From Phoronis australis (lineage: Eukaryota; Animalia; Phoronida): a stretch of DNA of 64,000 nucleotides. Below, piece after piece: positions 48,501 through 60,600 of the stretch; positions within the stretch are counted from its first letter, which is position 1; the number at the start of each line of letters is the position of its first letter. The stretch covers positions 62,001 to 126,000 of the forward strand of contig NMRA01000775.1 in assembly GCA_002633005.1 (NCBI GenBank), in the 5' to 3' direction. The notes beneath the pieces are model-generated. The model did not search any database. It was not told the origin of the DNA and saw nothing but the letters and a program-made list of their open reading frames with translations. A program made the position numbers and the translations under genes.

Positions 48501-51500
48501 AAATTTTCCTCTTTTTTGTCATTGGTCATTCCAAGCCCTGACCCTTGTCTTGTGCCAGAAATGCAAAGTGATGGGGGCTCTTTTGGCCCTTGTTTTTGCA
48601 AAGAGCTCCATGGGCTTCAGTGTTGGTGGAGACTCTTTTGGAAATCACTGGTACTAATAATACTGAGTGTGTTGTTGACAATCTCTGAAAGACTGACGTG
48701 TTATTGCTTTGGTTTATTTCAACGGAAGCCTCGAGTTCGCTTCTGCATGGCAAGTTCTCAGAAATGTAGAAAAATTAAACCAGTTTTTAATCTGGCCTTG
48801 GTTGTTAAAAGTATGTTTTCAGTCATTTCGAAAATTTTTGTTAGTCGTGATTGTAAAAAGGAATGTGACAAAATTGTATTGTCGCCATGACAACTCATTC
48901 CTTTCGGAAGCAAAAATGATCATAGCTAATGACTCGTTAGTTCATCACACTCCTGACTATAGAGTAGTGTTTTCAATTTGCTAGGTTTCCAACATATCCT
49001 TTGTTATTTCCTTGCTCTCAGCTGCCATGTCTGGGAATTGAAAATAGCTTCATCCTGTTACTTCTTGGGCTGTATAGCGAATTCAACATTTAGTAATAGA
49101 AGTGAGGAACTAGTCATTGTCATTTTACTGCTTTAAATTGAGAACCAATTTTTACACCCGTTATTCAGTGGGAAAACTTGTTCTCCAAATGTGGAATCCT
49201 GTAAGTGGCTATTCCCTACAATTATGTTTTTCATCTTGCTCGACAGGAGTTGGGAAAGTCATGGAAAAATATCTCACAGGAGGAGCAGACGGAATTTGAG
49301 GAAAGTGATAAAGAGGAGTGAGTAGAATTCTAGTCTTGGTTAGCTTTCACTTGATGGTGATGGATGGCACGTCACTGTTATTATGATAACATGTAAATCC
49401 TTGCTAGGATAGCAATATTAATTTATTACTATTATAATATTAAAATGAAGCCGTGCCTCAGTGAAAGTGAAAGCTTGTACAGAGCTTTTTTTGGAAACGT
49501 GCCATCTAAAGAAATCTGCTGCATATTAAGTTGGAAGAGTCGTAATTCAGGACGTGATATGGCAGCTGAGTGAATATTATTTTATTTTTTATATAATTAT
49601 TCGGTTTAGATTTTTCCAACATGGACCTGTTATCTTTTTCTTTGCGTTTAGTGTCATGGCTTGTTCCTTTTTGTCTACTATAAGTAAAGATGAACAGAGA
49701 AATCTTGTGTGGCAGCAGGTTACATGAAAACACATAATATAATGGCAAGTTGTTAGATTTTGTTAAAAATAAGCTTAAATTTTATACCAGTTTTCATTGA
49801 AAGGAATGGTTTTCGTTGTACAAAGTTCAATTTTTTATTGTATTCATTCATAAATAAGGAAACCAGTAAGTTAGTGTTACAGTGTATTAGGTACTATTTA
49901 GCCTCATTTCAGTCTTTTTAAAATGTTTGGTCATGACAAACATTTCATCTGTAGGTACTTTTCTATCACCTTGTGATAAAGCCATCTGATGAACTTTGTT
50001 TTAATAATTGGATTTAGATCATCAGATTTTTTCATGTCATATTTTTCATTTTGGACAAAGGTTAATGACGAAATTTTAATCAGCTGAGTTCCCCCTGTGT
50101 CAGCGCACTCTCCTGCAAGAGGGTTATCCTGCGCCTGCGCTTTTCTGATTAACAAGAAATTTTTAAAAACATATGATTGTACTAAATTGGGGTAACCAGT
50201 TTACTATTTATCGGAAGTTTGTATTGAAAATATTGGTCTGGAGGGCTTTCAGAAAGTTTGTTTGAATGAAAACTAACAGAGGTCACAAAAATTCAAATTT
50301 ATAATTTTAGAAGAGATGGTGTCATTTTGAAACTACTTAGTTGCCAGGTGTGTTTGCTTGTGTCCTTTTGTAAATTCGACTTTCCTCAATAAACGTTAAA
50401 AATTTATATCTTTCTCACCAGGGAATGGCAAGAGCAGGCAGAAGACATTGTTGGTCACGGCGTCTGCCTATTCTGTGATACATCTGCTCCCGTCTCTGAA
50501 GGTCTTTTGGATCACATGACGGTAAGTGTGACCGTCAGCTGGTGCTTGCAATTGTGAAATTTTCATGCTCATAATCGGTTATGTTTTTCTTGTCATTGCT
50601 CAGGAATCCCATAACTGTCAGTAGTCATCAGTAACTTTAATGTTTTTCTATTAGTTAAAAGGAGAATGTTTCAATATGATGATTGGATATTTTAATTGTA
50701 ATTACGAACATAAAGGTATTTTGGAATTACGCTACTTAATGTTATTCAGCATGAGTTATATTCTGTTTCTATTTACTTCAAATTCTAACATTTCAGGAGG
50801 TTCACAAGTTTGATTTAAACAGAATAAAGAACGACCTCAATTTGAATTTTTACCAACAAATCAAGCTCATCAACTTCATCAGACGTCAGGTATTCTACTT
50901 TTTATCGACAGATCTGATGTGTTTCTGTATAGTTCAGTAGCAGTCTTTCGTATAACACAATCACGACTGTATTTTCTATGGGGTAGTTTTACAGGCACTC
51001 TCTCGTATTCTCTGTATGGTTTTCGATCACCAGGTGTACAACAAATTACCTCCATATCCCTTTCTCTATCTCTCTGTGTGTCACCATGAACTGTGCTTCA
51101 CACCTAAATTAGTTAGGCTTTAGGTATTTTTTGGCTATGTAACTGACGGTGCTCAGTCCTTGTCTTTTTATGTTTTTTTTAAAGTACATGGGCAGCGCAG
51201 CACTGAAAAAAGTGGGGGTCTATAGCCCCCCAGCCCCTCTGTGTTGTACCGCCCATAGACCATGGGCGGCTCATCACTGAAAAAAGTGGGGGGCTATTGC
51301 CCCCCAGCCCCCTATGGTACGCCACCCATGAAATAGCGGAGGTTTTACTTTCCATATTTTTTATTGAAGTTGTCCCCTGCTTGAAAACCACACTCATACT
51401 GTGCTAAGTACTCAATGTGTGAGAAGGCATATTCTTTTTTTCTCCTAGGTCCATCAGTTGTTTTGTGTTGGATGCCAAAGGAAGTTTGAGTCTTGTGCTG

Positions 51501-52194
51501 AACTAACTAGTCACCTAACTCAATCTGGTCACATGTCGTCGTTATTGGACCCCTCTGTTTGGGACCAACCGCAGTAAGTGTCCATCAAAACCAACAACAG
51601 ACTGAGCTAGAATTATAGGCACCCATTTCTCGTGTTTTTCGACTTCATGACTAAAAGTTTTTCAGTGGCAGGCAGAACCAGTGTGTTGATATGTGGGTGT
51701 TGGTGTAATGGTTTGAGAATTTTCTAAACGATTTGAATTGAAATCTTCATTCAATACTGGTATAGACTATTGGGATATAATAAAACTCTTGAAGCATGCA
51801 AGTATTGATACAATTGTTATCTGAAGGTATAAATTAATTTTGAAGTCAGCCACAGGTATTGCTGGCGTTGGTTTGCCCAATTTAAGGAAAACGTAAAGTA
51901 TTCCTCATCTAAGAATTTCCGTCATTGTTTTTGTGTTTATTCTTTTAAAACAGCACCAGTTCATAGTATGGTTAATCACTGAACTATTTTACTACCACAT
52001 CAAATGGATTTTGTCCTTCTAGGTATTATTTTCCAACATACGAGAATGACAACTTACTTTGTTGTCTGGAAGACGATGATTCAGATGGCGAGGACACGCG
52101 TGTCATCGGCGAAGACACATTAGACATAGAAAGCCTCAAGCAAAACCACAGTGATCTCAAACAGCTTGTTGAAGACTGTCAGACAGAGCACTGA
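39541..52194 (+). CDS. ZNF277: Zinc finger protein 277 (C2H2; whole spliced gene, 12 coding exons, about 435 aa)
   Basis: Exons: 39541-39571, 41238-41442, 42097-42188, 44005-44087, 45012-45103, 45865-45975, 47058-47190, 49247-49317, 50422-50521, 50797-50889, 51449-51573, 52023-52194. All GT-AG, total 1308 nt. Signature peptides YYLLCDKLPED, HNFNVGLPDN, LQCLYCERIFRD...DHMRKKRH...YDRFYLINYLELGKSW, LNFYQQIKLINFIRRQ and WDQPQYYFPTYEND match ZNF277. Confidence 0.95.
40055..40858. mobile_element. Non-autonomous DNA transposon (CAGGG termini, hAT-like) in ZNF277 intron 1
   Basis: cagggctcga ... tcgaaccctg ends, with subterminal gtcgcattttgcgac repeats at both ends. No TSD seen. Confidence 0.6.
41238..41442 (+). 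CDS. ZNF277: ZNF277 exon 2
   Basis: VLESLLLP...VECLLCARRF...FLKHLLDEHKFVIGDV. Confidence 0.92.
42097..42188 (+). CDS. ZNF277: ZNF277 exon 3
   Basis: YVSYWRSRFKNQPLSSYCAVIKTNS. Confidence 0.92.
42316..42555 (-). pseudogene. THAP zinc-finger-like relic in ZNF277 intron 3
   Basis: MPTKYYCCAVGCNSD...KFF resembles a THAP N-terminus; the W and CSxHF residues are not retained. Confidence 0.45.
43258..43540. repeat. Inverted pair of Penelope-like terminal fragments with hammerhead-like cores
   Basis: atcaaaaacagacaatcgcc... vs ...ggcgattgtccgtttttgat; CTGATGA at 43462 and GAAACGTC at 43485. Confidence 0.6.
44005..44087 (+). CDS. ZNF277: ZNF277 exon 4
   Basis: PQEKYYLLCDKLPEDKAVRERLQHEQL. Confidence 0.93.
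45012..45103 (+). CDS. ZNF277: ZNF277 exon 5
   Basis: LKVLDQHEQELQDNHFTRGCLFCRTQFDGN. Confidence 0.92.
45865..45975 (+). CDS. ZNF277: ZNF277 exon 6
   Basis: RELFNHMNTDHNFNVGLPDNLVYTAELLDLLEHKL. Confidence 0.93.
47058..47190 (+). CDS. ZNF277: ZNF277 exon 7
   Basis: LQCLYCERIFRDRMTLTDHMRKKRHKKIDPNNKIYDRFYLINYL. Confidence 0.96.
47432..47912. repeat. About 480-bp foldback in ZNF277 intron 7 whose arms contain SINE-like heads
   Basis: tcaagggtgtagcagtgtgccccagtgg / ccactggggcacactactagacccttga; tacagcctacaaatgcatttttgggat / atcccaaaaaatgcattttttcggctgta. Confidence 0.75.
49247..49317 (+). CDS. ZNF277: ZNF277 exon 8
   Basis: ELGKSWKNISQEEQTEFEESDKE. Confidence 0.92.
50422..50521 (+). CDS. ZNF277: ZNF277 exon 9
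   Basis: EWQEQAEDIVGHGVCLFCDTS...LLDHMT. Confidence 0.9.
50797..50889 (+). CDS. ZNF277: ZNF277 exon 10
   Basis: EVHKFDLNRIKNDLNLNFYQQIKLINFIRRQ. Confidence 0.94.
51185..51330. repeat. Two tandem about 70-bp mini-elements with catgggc/cccat ends
   Basis: cactgaaaaaagtggggg...ccccccagcccc present twice. Confidence 0.7.
51449..51573 (+). CDS. ZNF277: ZNF277 exon 11
   Basis: VHQLFCVGCQRKF...LTSHLTQSGH...WDQP. Confidence 0.93.
52023..52194 (+). CDS. ZNF277: ZNF277 exon 12 (terminal)
   Basis: YYFPTYENDNLLCCLEDDDSDGED...DCQTEH-TGA. Confidence 0.92.
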
Positions 52195-52871
52195 GTCTAG
52201 GTATCAGATAGTGAGGACATGTTTCATTAAGCAAGACACCCAACAGATGGTGAAAAAGGTCTGTATAGTATCGTCTGTGATATCAAAAGGCTAGTTGAAG
52301 GATTGTGTGGTGAACATTGACGACATGCTGAGGGACGAGGCCTCTGACTGTGAGGTCACTCGTGTCTTTGAACATGACATTATAGTCATTGAAGAAAGTC
52401 TGAAAGATAACCGCAGTAAAGACTGTGGGATGAAACGGACGACATGCTGTGGGTTGAGGCTTGCAACTGAGGGTACACGTGGCACCATTAAGCAGCACAT
52501 AACAGACATTGACACTCTATAGAAAGTCTTTCTACGTTTTTTGCCAGCCCCAGAAATTGCCTTCGCATTTATATCCAGGTTCTCATTCACTCCATTGCAT
52601 ACATTCACTGTCAAGGTCAAGGTTAGTGGAGTGGGAGACACCTTGTCTGCCAGTAATCTCAGGATTCGAACCCTGTTCTCCCAAAATGAAACTACGGAGT
52701 TCAAACCACTGACTGTCTATGGTGATATCAAATAACTCATTGAAAAGTGTTGTTTTTAAAATTTCTATAGGGAAATGAAAGTGCTAGAAATGGTATCTTG
52801 CTATAAGGAAGGTGACACTGAGACAAGTTAAACTGTGGTGATGCAGGTACCAACACAAGCAGCAGATTAGG

Positions 52872-53419
52872 GCTCGCTGGTTCCCTGCGCGCAGGTACCA
52901 TTCAGTAGCACGTGCTTTATCATTGGTTGATGTAACCTCGGCAATCATTGGTTAGCTTTACAACAAAGTGAGAAAATGGCGAACTATGAATGATTTTTAA
53001 CCTTGTCATGCGTTTCTGCAGTAAAGTTTAATAGCCGCGTGCTTCGTTAAAGCACATACATGTACAATGAAGACACGTCTGCCCGATTTAACCGGTGTGT
53101 TATCTGTACTGTATGAATACAGGACAGCAACGTAAACAAAAGTCAGCGACAGTACAAAGATGCACTCCAAAAAGGCACAACCACAATTTTCTGGGATTCA
53201 TATCTCTTGAACATGAATTTTAAGCACCTGATTCGTCTGTACAACAGACCACATTTACGTTTCCTCCATCAGTCATGCCAGTTTGTTTATGTAAAGCACT
53301 ACCTGTTGATAATTTGACCAGCCAATCCAAAACGCTGGTGTAAACAAATTTCCCCGAGTAAAATTAAGTGATACCTGAGTGCTGGCTACCACCTAGCGGT
53401 ATGCAGGGAACCAGTGAGC
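52872..53419. mobile_element. Non-autonomous DNA transposon with 17-bp TIR and 8-10-bp TSD
   Basis: TIR gctcgctggttccctgc / gcagggaaccagtgagc; flanks agattagg and agattggg. Confidence 0.75.
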
Positions 53420-54060
53420 AGATTGGGGTTCAGGGAACACCAGACATGATTAGCGCCACCTAGTGGTCAGCAGCGTAGTGTACAAATTGGATGTCCACAT
53501 TCTCTGTTCCCACGCGGTGCTTCTACATTTTATTATGTCTTTAGAAATTTCCTCAGGAATAAAATGACTGTGTGGTTGTACATGTATGTTAGGTTTACTT
53601 AATATGTGCAATAAAGTTGGACATTTATGTACAGAACAATGTTGTCTTGAGGCCATAAGCTTACATGTATATTCAAAATATTTACATGAATTTTTACTGA
53701 TGAACTGCAAATGACAAACTAGCTTGTGTGATGCTATTTGCAAAAGTAGGATTATCTGGCAAGCATATTTGACTTCACTTGTAAATATTGTTCGAGGTTG
53801 CCGTGAAACGTTGAAAAAGGTTGATCTAAAAAGCTTTAAAGTCCTCTCAGAGATGGAAAACTGGACTTGGATTGTATATTGGCCAAACTTGAATAATATT
53901 GTTCTGTTTTAAGTGGACGACATACTTTCCAGCTTGAAACAGATGAGTATAGGATTTGTTAAGGATACCAGTTAGCATCCAAAAGGTTTTGTCGTGTTTT
54001 GGGTAAGCCTAGTGAGAAAGGAGACAATGTCCATAGTTTCGGACATTCATCATTTCATTT

Positions 54061-54405
54061 TGGGTAGGCCTGGTGCGCTATAAGACAATGTTCATTGTAA
54101 CTCCATTTTGGATAGGCCTGGTGCGCTATAACACAATGTTCATTGTAACTCCATTTTGGATAGGCCTGGTGCGCTGTAACACAATGTTCATTGTAACTCC
54201 ATTTTGGGTAGGCCTGGTGCGCTATAACACAATGTTCATTGTAACTCCATTTTGGGTAGGCCTGGTGCACTACAACACAATGTTCATTGTAACTCCATTT
54301 TGGGTAGGCCTGGTGCGCTATAACACAATGTTCATTGTAACTCCATTTTGGGTAGGCCTGGTGCACTATAACACAATGTTCATTGTAACTCCATTTTGGG
54401 TAGGC
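54061..54405. repeat. Minisatellite, 48-bp unit x about 7
   Basis: tgggtaggcctggtgcgctataacacaatgttcattgtaactccattt repeated nearly perfectly; explains the two periodic ORFs here. Confidence 0.95.
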
Positions 54406-56779
54406 TGGGTGAGCTAGAGGACCATGCCCACAGTATGGAAAGTAGCCAACAAAAAGAAAATTTGATGAAGTAACCCGTCTTTATTTTACAAGGTCATGGA
54501 ATCAAAGACAACAAACACCAGCATAAAATTCTATCAACGAATCAAAAATAGCATCAGAAAAAAGATCACGAAAAATTGCAAACACAAATTTTGAGCCACA
54601 CATATCTTGACCCCTAGGTATGCCACACACACACACACTACAGTTCTTTCAAGAGATACAAGGTTATAATGTCAAGTTTTGCTACTGATACGAGTGATTA
54701 ATGGCATCAACAAACAAATGGGATACCCACATCACGAAGGCTGGAATTTCTTAAATATCTTGTTCAATATTAATAATAGACCCATTCAACTATAATCCTT
54801 TGTGATCACAGAGTATTTTTACCACTCCAGTGCACAAAATTATGTACAAACTGCATTTCACTAACAAGGTTTTTTTTGCATCAAAGCTTGAAAATTCTGT
54901 TTATTCCGACTTAGCTACACAAAAGCGTATCTGAGATTTCCTTTAATGCTATTTAGACAGAAAACTTGAAGAATGAGGTAATCCTTGGAAAATTGCAAAC
55001 ATCTGGACATTGCTTTCGAGCACATAACATGGTTGCGTGACCATCAAGGGTTTTAAGAAATACAGTTTTAGTGGTCTACCATTAACACGTAGTTTAGAAC
55101 TTATTAGTAAGAAATTTTATCCTTGGTAACTAAGGTATCTCATTACCTGAGATTGATGAAACACAAATTAAATTATTAGGGTACAAATTGTCAATTTAAC
55201 TGAGAATGCTGAAACAAAATTTTTGGGAACAAATAGTAAAATATATTTTGTGTATAGCATGGGGAAAGTGATCAAAGTATTTAATGTACAATTTGAAGAC
55301 ATTAATATGAAACTCTTCCATTACATAGCACCCGATTGGTGAATAAACTCTATACGGTTCAGACACTTCAATACGTACTGCAGAATGAACATACTTTGAA
55401 TAAGATACAGTGTAACACAAGTCCTTTGATTCTCAGTATATATTCGTAAATAATGATCATGTTATTAAACAAGCATGATTATTATAATAAACAATACTTG
55501 TAAAGCACCCACACAAATTGCGCAATTTGTTACCACCTTGTGCTAAAAGAGCAATAAAATAAAATTCTTTCTCAATAAAAGCAACCAAGAATAATTGAGG
55601 ACTATCAAGTTAAAGAATAGAGCCTGGACTGTATCAACAATTCAGACAACGTCATAGAGTTAAACATTGGAAGACACAAGTTGAATGCATAATAGATAGT
55701 GATCCAATATTAGAGGTGTTTTAATAGTGTCTTGTACTCTCTTCTGTCCACTCTTTCAACGATACAAGTGGGATTTAAGCCTTACTTACCTGGCCCAGTT
55801 CTATCAGGTTATGCATAATATGCATAAAAAATTATAATGAATTCTGCACTATTTGTAATTCACGACTGGAAAATTAATTTGGTACAATACATTAACATTA
55901 ACTGTTGTATATAAACATAACATTAAAATACTGACCATAAATGTTGACTAACCCACATTCAAATTAAAATACTTCAAGGTGGAAGAGGTATCATTGTTTA
56001 ATTAATAACGAACAACATTCAAGACATTTGGTTACTATTCTCTCCCTAACAACTGCCTCAGGGTCCTCGATAATTCTAGATTCGGGGGAAGCTATTTGTC
56101 ACTGTGAAACAGTTGTCAATTAAAATTTATAAATGACACCGAAACATGTCAAGTTTTAAATCCGTTGTTGTTTTCGTGAATGTATAACAAGAACAATGCA
56201 GGGCATTGACATGCGCTAACAATGCATCGCACACAGCACAGATACAAGAGAAGATCATTACTTTAACATTCCCATGACTATATAAAGCAATGCATAGTCT
56301 CCACAGGGTGAAAAGCAAGTATGAAATGTTATGCTCAACAGAATCCCACCTGCCATCTTTCATCATGATTGTTCAAGAAGTTAGGTGGTCACGGAAGCAG
56401 ACGACAAAAGACACAAAAGAAATAGAAAGGCCACTAGAGGGCGTACGTAGGTCAAATCCATCTGAGACATGGCTATTGTTGTTGTTTACATGGTATTAGC
56501 TGACACCTAAAATGTCATGAACATCTGTCAACTGAATTTGGTATATATCAAGGCAAACCCAAAGAAAAAATTACCACTAGATGATTGAAGTAGTTGAATA
56601 TGCCCCAATATCGACGTCAGTTGTACTCTTCTCAATAGATATGTATGACACATTTCATGACTATCCTCCAAGGAACATGTATTGAGCTTCAGACAAAAAA
56701 TAAAATAGCCAGAAAAGGGCGCCACATCAGTCATACCTGTTCAAAATTCTTCGTCAGCCATACTCTTCTAAGTAGGACC

Positions 56780-57500
56780 AAAGAGAGTTGGAAAACGAGA
56801 TGCAGACAACAAAAAGATTAAAAAATAACAGAAATGGCCACCAGATGGCACACAATCTATTGAACCAATCCAAAACTGGAAAGGTGATATCGTCTCTTCA
56901 ATAGAAGCCTATTTGCAATGTTTCATGAAAGTCTGCCTAGAACTCTGAAATAACAGTGAAAACTGACTGTAAAAGTATTTGCCACTGTGGCACAGTGGTA
57001 GCCGTATCTGCCTGAAAACCGTTGCCATCCATTGTCACTTTCATTGAAACATACTTGCAAAATTTAAAAAAGTGGTCAGTCTTTAAAATCAGCATCAGCT
57101 GTTTTCTCCCAATAGAAACACGTCCTAGAGTGGTTTGCAGACAGAGAGGCAGATGCCAAAAAACATACTAGGAAACAGTAAAACCAACACTAAGTGGAGC
57201 TGAATATATCGAATCCATCCGGAGATGGAAAAATGGCATCTCCTTAACAGAAACCTATACGCAAAAATATGTCACGGAACTTCAAAGATACAAAACAAAA
57301 TTAAAATTGGCACTTGGGGGCGCACTGGCAGTTGGATACATCCGAAAATTTGCTCAAGACACCCCATTCATGATAGATCTTCAAACTTTGACCTAAAAAC
57401 AACAAGGAATGTTGGGAGAAACAGCAGCAGACGATGAACAAGGATGAGGGCATATGCACTTCTAAAATGTATTTGAGTGCACACCAGGTACAAAATGCGA
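56780..57500 (+). repeat. Degenerate HINE-like repeat downstream of the MOV10 stop
   Basis: aatagaagcctatttgc / aatagaaac / ggcacag subunits similar to 27109-27797. Confidence 0.45.
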
Positions 57501-57519
57501 CACCCAAGGGCCCGGATGT

Positions 57520-57614
57520 TTAAAGATCATGGCGCCACTGTGGCTCCTCCTGGTGTGTGACATCGCTGATGTCCAGCCCACTCATCTTTTTAACGGCTTC
57601 TTCAACCAACGTCT
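57520..57614 (-). CDS. MOV10: MOV10 terminal exon
   Basis: [34 protein letters not shown]. Confidence 0.85.
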
Positions 57615-60600
57615 CTGTAATGAGATAAACAGAGGGATAACCACTGGAAAGTCTGAAGATCTCTGATGCATGTTGCCAAGCGAATTTAGAAGTAATCTGG
57701 TGCAAGTTCAAAGAAATAGTAAATAAGGCATCAGAAGACCAGGTTTGCGCAATAATAGTACAGGCAACAATACTGGGCACAAAGACGTCTGTCAGCGGCA
57801 CCACCTAGATAGTCTAATTAGTACTTAGAGAATATAATTATACCTTCTTCATTAAGGCCAGCATCATTTAACCTCCCAGTGATGTCATCCACTAAATCTT
57901 CGTCAGTTGTAAAATCACACCCAGTGTACCCACCATGCTTTGTGCAGTACTCAATCAACCTGGGAATATGTAAGAGATTAATGTCACTGCTAGTCACGCG
58001 ACCACTGGAACATGCCACTGATAGTCACGACCATTGGAACATGCCACTGATAGTCACGACCATTGGAACATGCCACTGATAGTCACGACCATTGGAACAT
58101 GCCACTGATAGTCACATGACCACTGGAACATGCCACTGATAGTCACACGACCACTGGAACATGCCACTGATAGTCACGTGACCACTGGAACATGCCACTG
58201 ATAGTCACATGACCACTGGAACATGCCACTGACAGTCACATGACCACTGGAACATGCCACTGATAGTCACATGACCACTGGAACATGCCACTGATAGTCA
58301 CATGACCACTGGAACATGCCACTGATAGTCACATGACCACTGGAACATGCTACTGATGGTCACATGACTACTGGAACATGCCACTGATACTCAAGTTTTC
58401 AGATGAAAAACTGCGTTGACTTGAACACTTATAGTTTTGTAGAGCATGTCGACCAAGCCAGATAAACCGGGTCCAAATGCTACTTTAAGGTTAGATAGGA
58501 CCTTACCAACATGTCTGTACATTTAGGCAAACATTTACCAAACTATTTGACTCTGGAAAGTGTATATTTTCTGAAAGTAGAAATTTGATTTTGACTTTAT
58601 CTGCCAGTAATTAGGTCACGTAACATTGGCTGTTTTTTAGGAAAATTTAGCGTGTACTCTACGTGTTCAAAATAAAAATAAAATTGCTCACTGACAAACT
58701 TGTTTTCATTTTAAACGTGATAATGATCCATCTGAAGAAATCGTTTAAATTTCTCCAGTGTCAAGTGGTCACCATGACCACTGGTTCTATCCACATTCCA
58801 TTCTCACTAGGGGGCTATGGTCATTATAGGAATGACTCAATTTACTTGGTCTGTAAGTCTGTAGTGAGGGTAATTACTGTTTCTCATTAGATCATATCTA
58901 TATAGAAGGCTTGTCAGCCAACCATACAAATCTCTAATCACGATAGAAGCTGGGTCTGAAAGAATGGGGATAGAATTGTTGAAAAAAAGGGTACAATCAC
59001 GACATGTTAAAGTGGATCTTGCACTCACTAGTTCCTTATCGCTATGATTGCTTGGTCAAATAGTTAGAAATACAACATAAAGCGATGATGCGAATATGAA
59101 CAAGGTTGAAAATTACCAAATGTTTTAAAGAACGAGTTTTGTGTTGAAAATGATCTGCCGTAAATCACTCAACCGTGTCCAGAAAGTAGCGCGATGTGTT
59201 GTTCCCCAACAACACTGAATGATGCGGGTTTTATGAGCCCCTAAGGTACATAACTGGTGCAAAAGTCACCTACTTGTAGAACTTTTCGTTTTCACATTTA
59301 CAAGCTGTCCGTTATTACAACTTGCACTTTGTTTAGCACAGATGATGTTCAAATAGCATTGCCGCTTAATTCCTGCTAATACAAAATATTACAGTTGGGA
59401 GCATGCAAATGCATGTCTTTAAGTCATACCAATATCTTACCTTCTCCAGTGATAGTCATGAGCGAGAATGTACGGATTTCCTATCACAATGAGGAGAGCT
59501 TTAGCCCGCGTAATGGCCACATTGAACCTCTGTAACAATATCAAACAATTTCAAGAATGTGCAAGTCTAAACACAAAACAGAAAAGATGACAGCTGTTAT
59601 TCAGTGGTTGGGAGTGGACCTGCTGACTCAGAAAGGTGAGCCTGGCAGTTTTTTTGGTTGATGGATCTTGCCCAAATACCACTGAGGCAGCTATTGGGAG
59701 CTGTCTGTGAAATGGGATTTGATTCGAGGCCCTCTTGTTCCAAAGCTTTTAAAACTACACCATGGACGCATCCCAACACCAGAAATCACTAAAATGGGGT
59801 CTAAAATCCTGAGCAAAATCTCATAGGACACGTTGCCATGGTTACGCCAGTGCTCTCCACAACCTGTTTTGACCCATCACTGCATCGAATTATGTTGTGA
59901 TGAGTTCAGCTTACTTGCGTCGAATTTGAAAACCTATGAAACAAGCGTAATATATTGGGAGATTAGTTATTTCTTGGGCAAATTAGGACATTTTTGGACT
60001 TTTGGTACCTGCCTAACGCTCTCATTCCAATACTTAATACACAAACCCCCCATCATATGCACATCAGCATTCGAACATGCACGTGAATTTTGATCTTTCA
60101 GTCGACTCTGAAATTTTTGCAGTAAAGTACACTTTACACTTGTCTCACCTTGGGGTTTTTCAGGAATCCAATACTAAAGTCAACATCAAAGCTCAGGTAT
60201 TTGGGATTGGACCGTACTGTAGACACTATGATGACACGCCTCTCCTGTCCTTGAAACTCCTCAACTGAACCAACTGTGATCTCATTCAGGTGGTTCTTCT
60301 TCAACAAAGTTTTTATTTTCTGAACCTGAAAGTGCAAACCAGGCGTAATTCAATGGGACTGATGTGACATTATCATTTAGGAGTGATCATGAACAAGTTT
60401 CCATTCCTTATATCGCACAGTACAGGGCGTCGTACTTACACCTCAAATGGCAATTACAATAATTGCACTGTATTATTGGTTCAAGTTCACCAAGACCAAA
60501 TTTAAGAAAATTAATAGTCTTGCACTTCCTTGACATTTTTAACTTCTGAAGCATTGTGCGATTAGTTTTAGTTCTCCAACACTGAGTCAATTGTTTGCCA

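Noticed and set aside
47962-48984. Run of 70-140 aa ORFs in ZNF277 intron 7
   Set aside because: No recognisable motifs, and composition is typical of AT-rich non-coding or degraded repeat sequence.
52283-52735. Cluster of overlapping ORFs as an extra gene
   Set aside because: Explained by decayed copies of the ZNF277 tail and chance antisense frames in the 3' UTR.
54061-54405. CRISPR-like array or repeat-protein gene
   Set aside because: Units are contiguous with no unique spacers, no cas genes are present and the context is eukaryotic. The ORFs arise from the 48-bp periodicity.
57981-58389. CRISPR-like 30-bp repeats
   Set aside because: Head-to-tail minisatellite without spacers, inside an intron.
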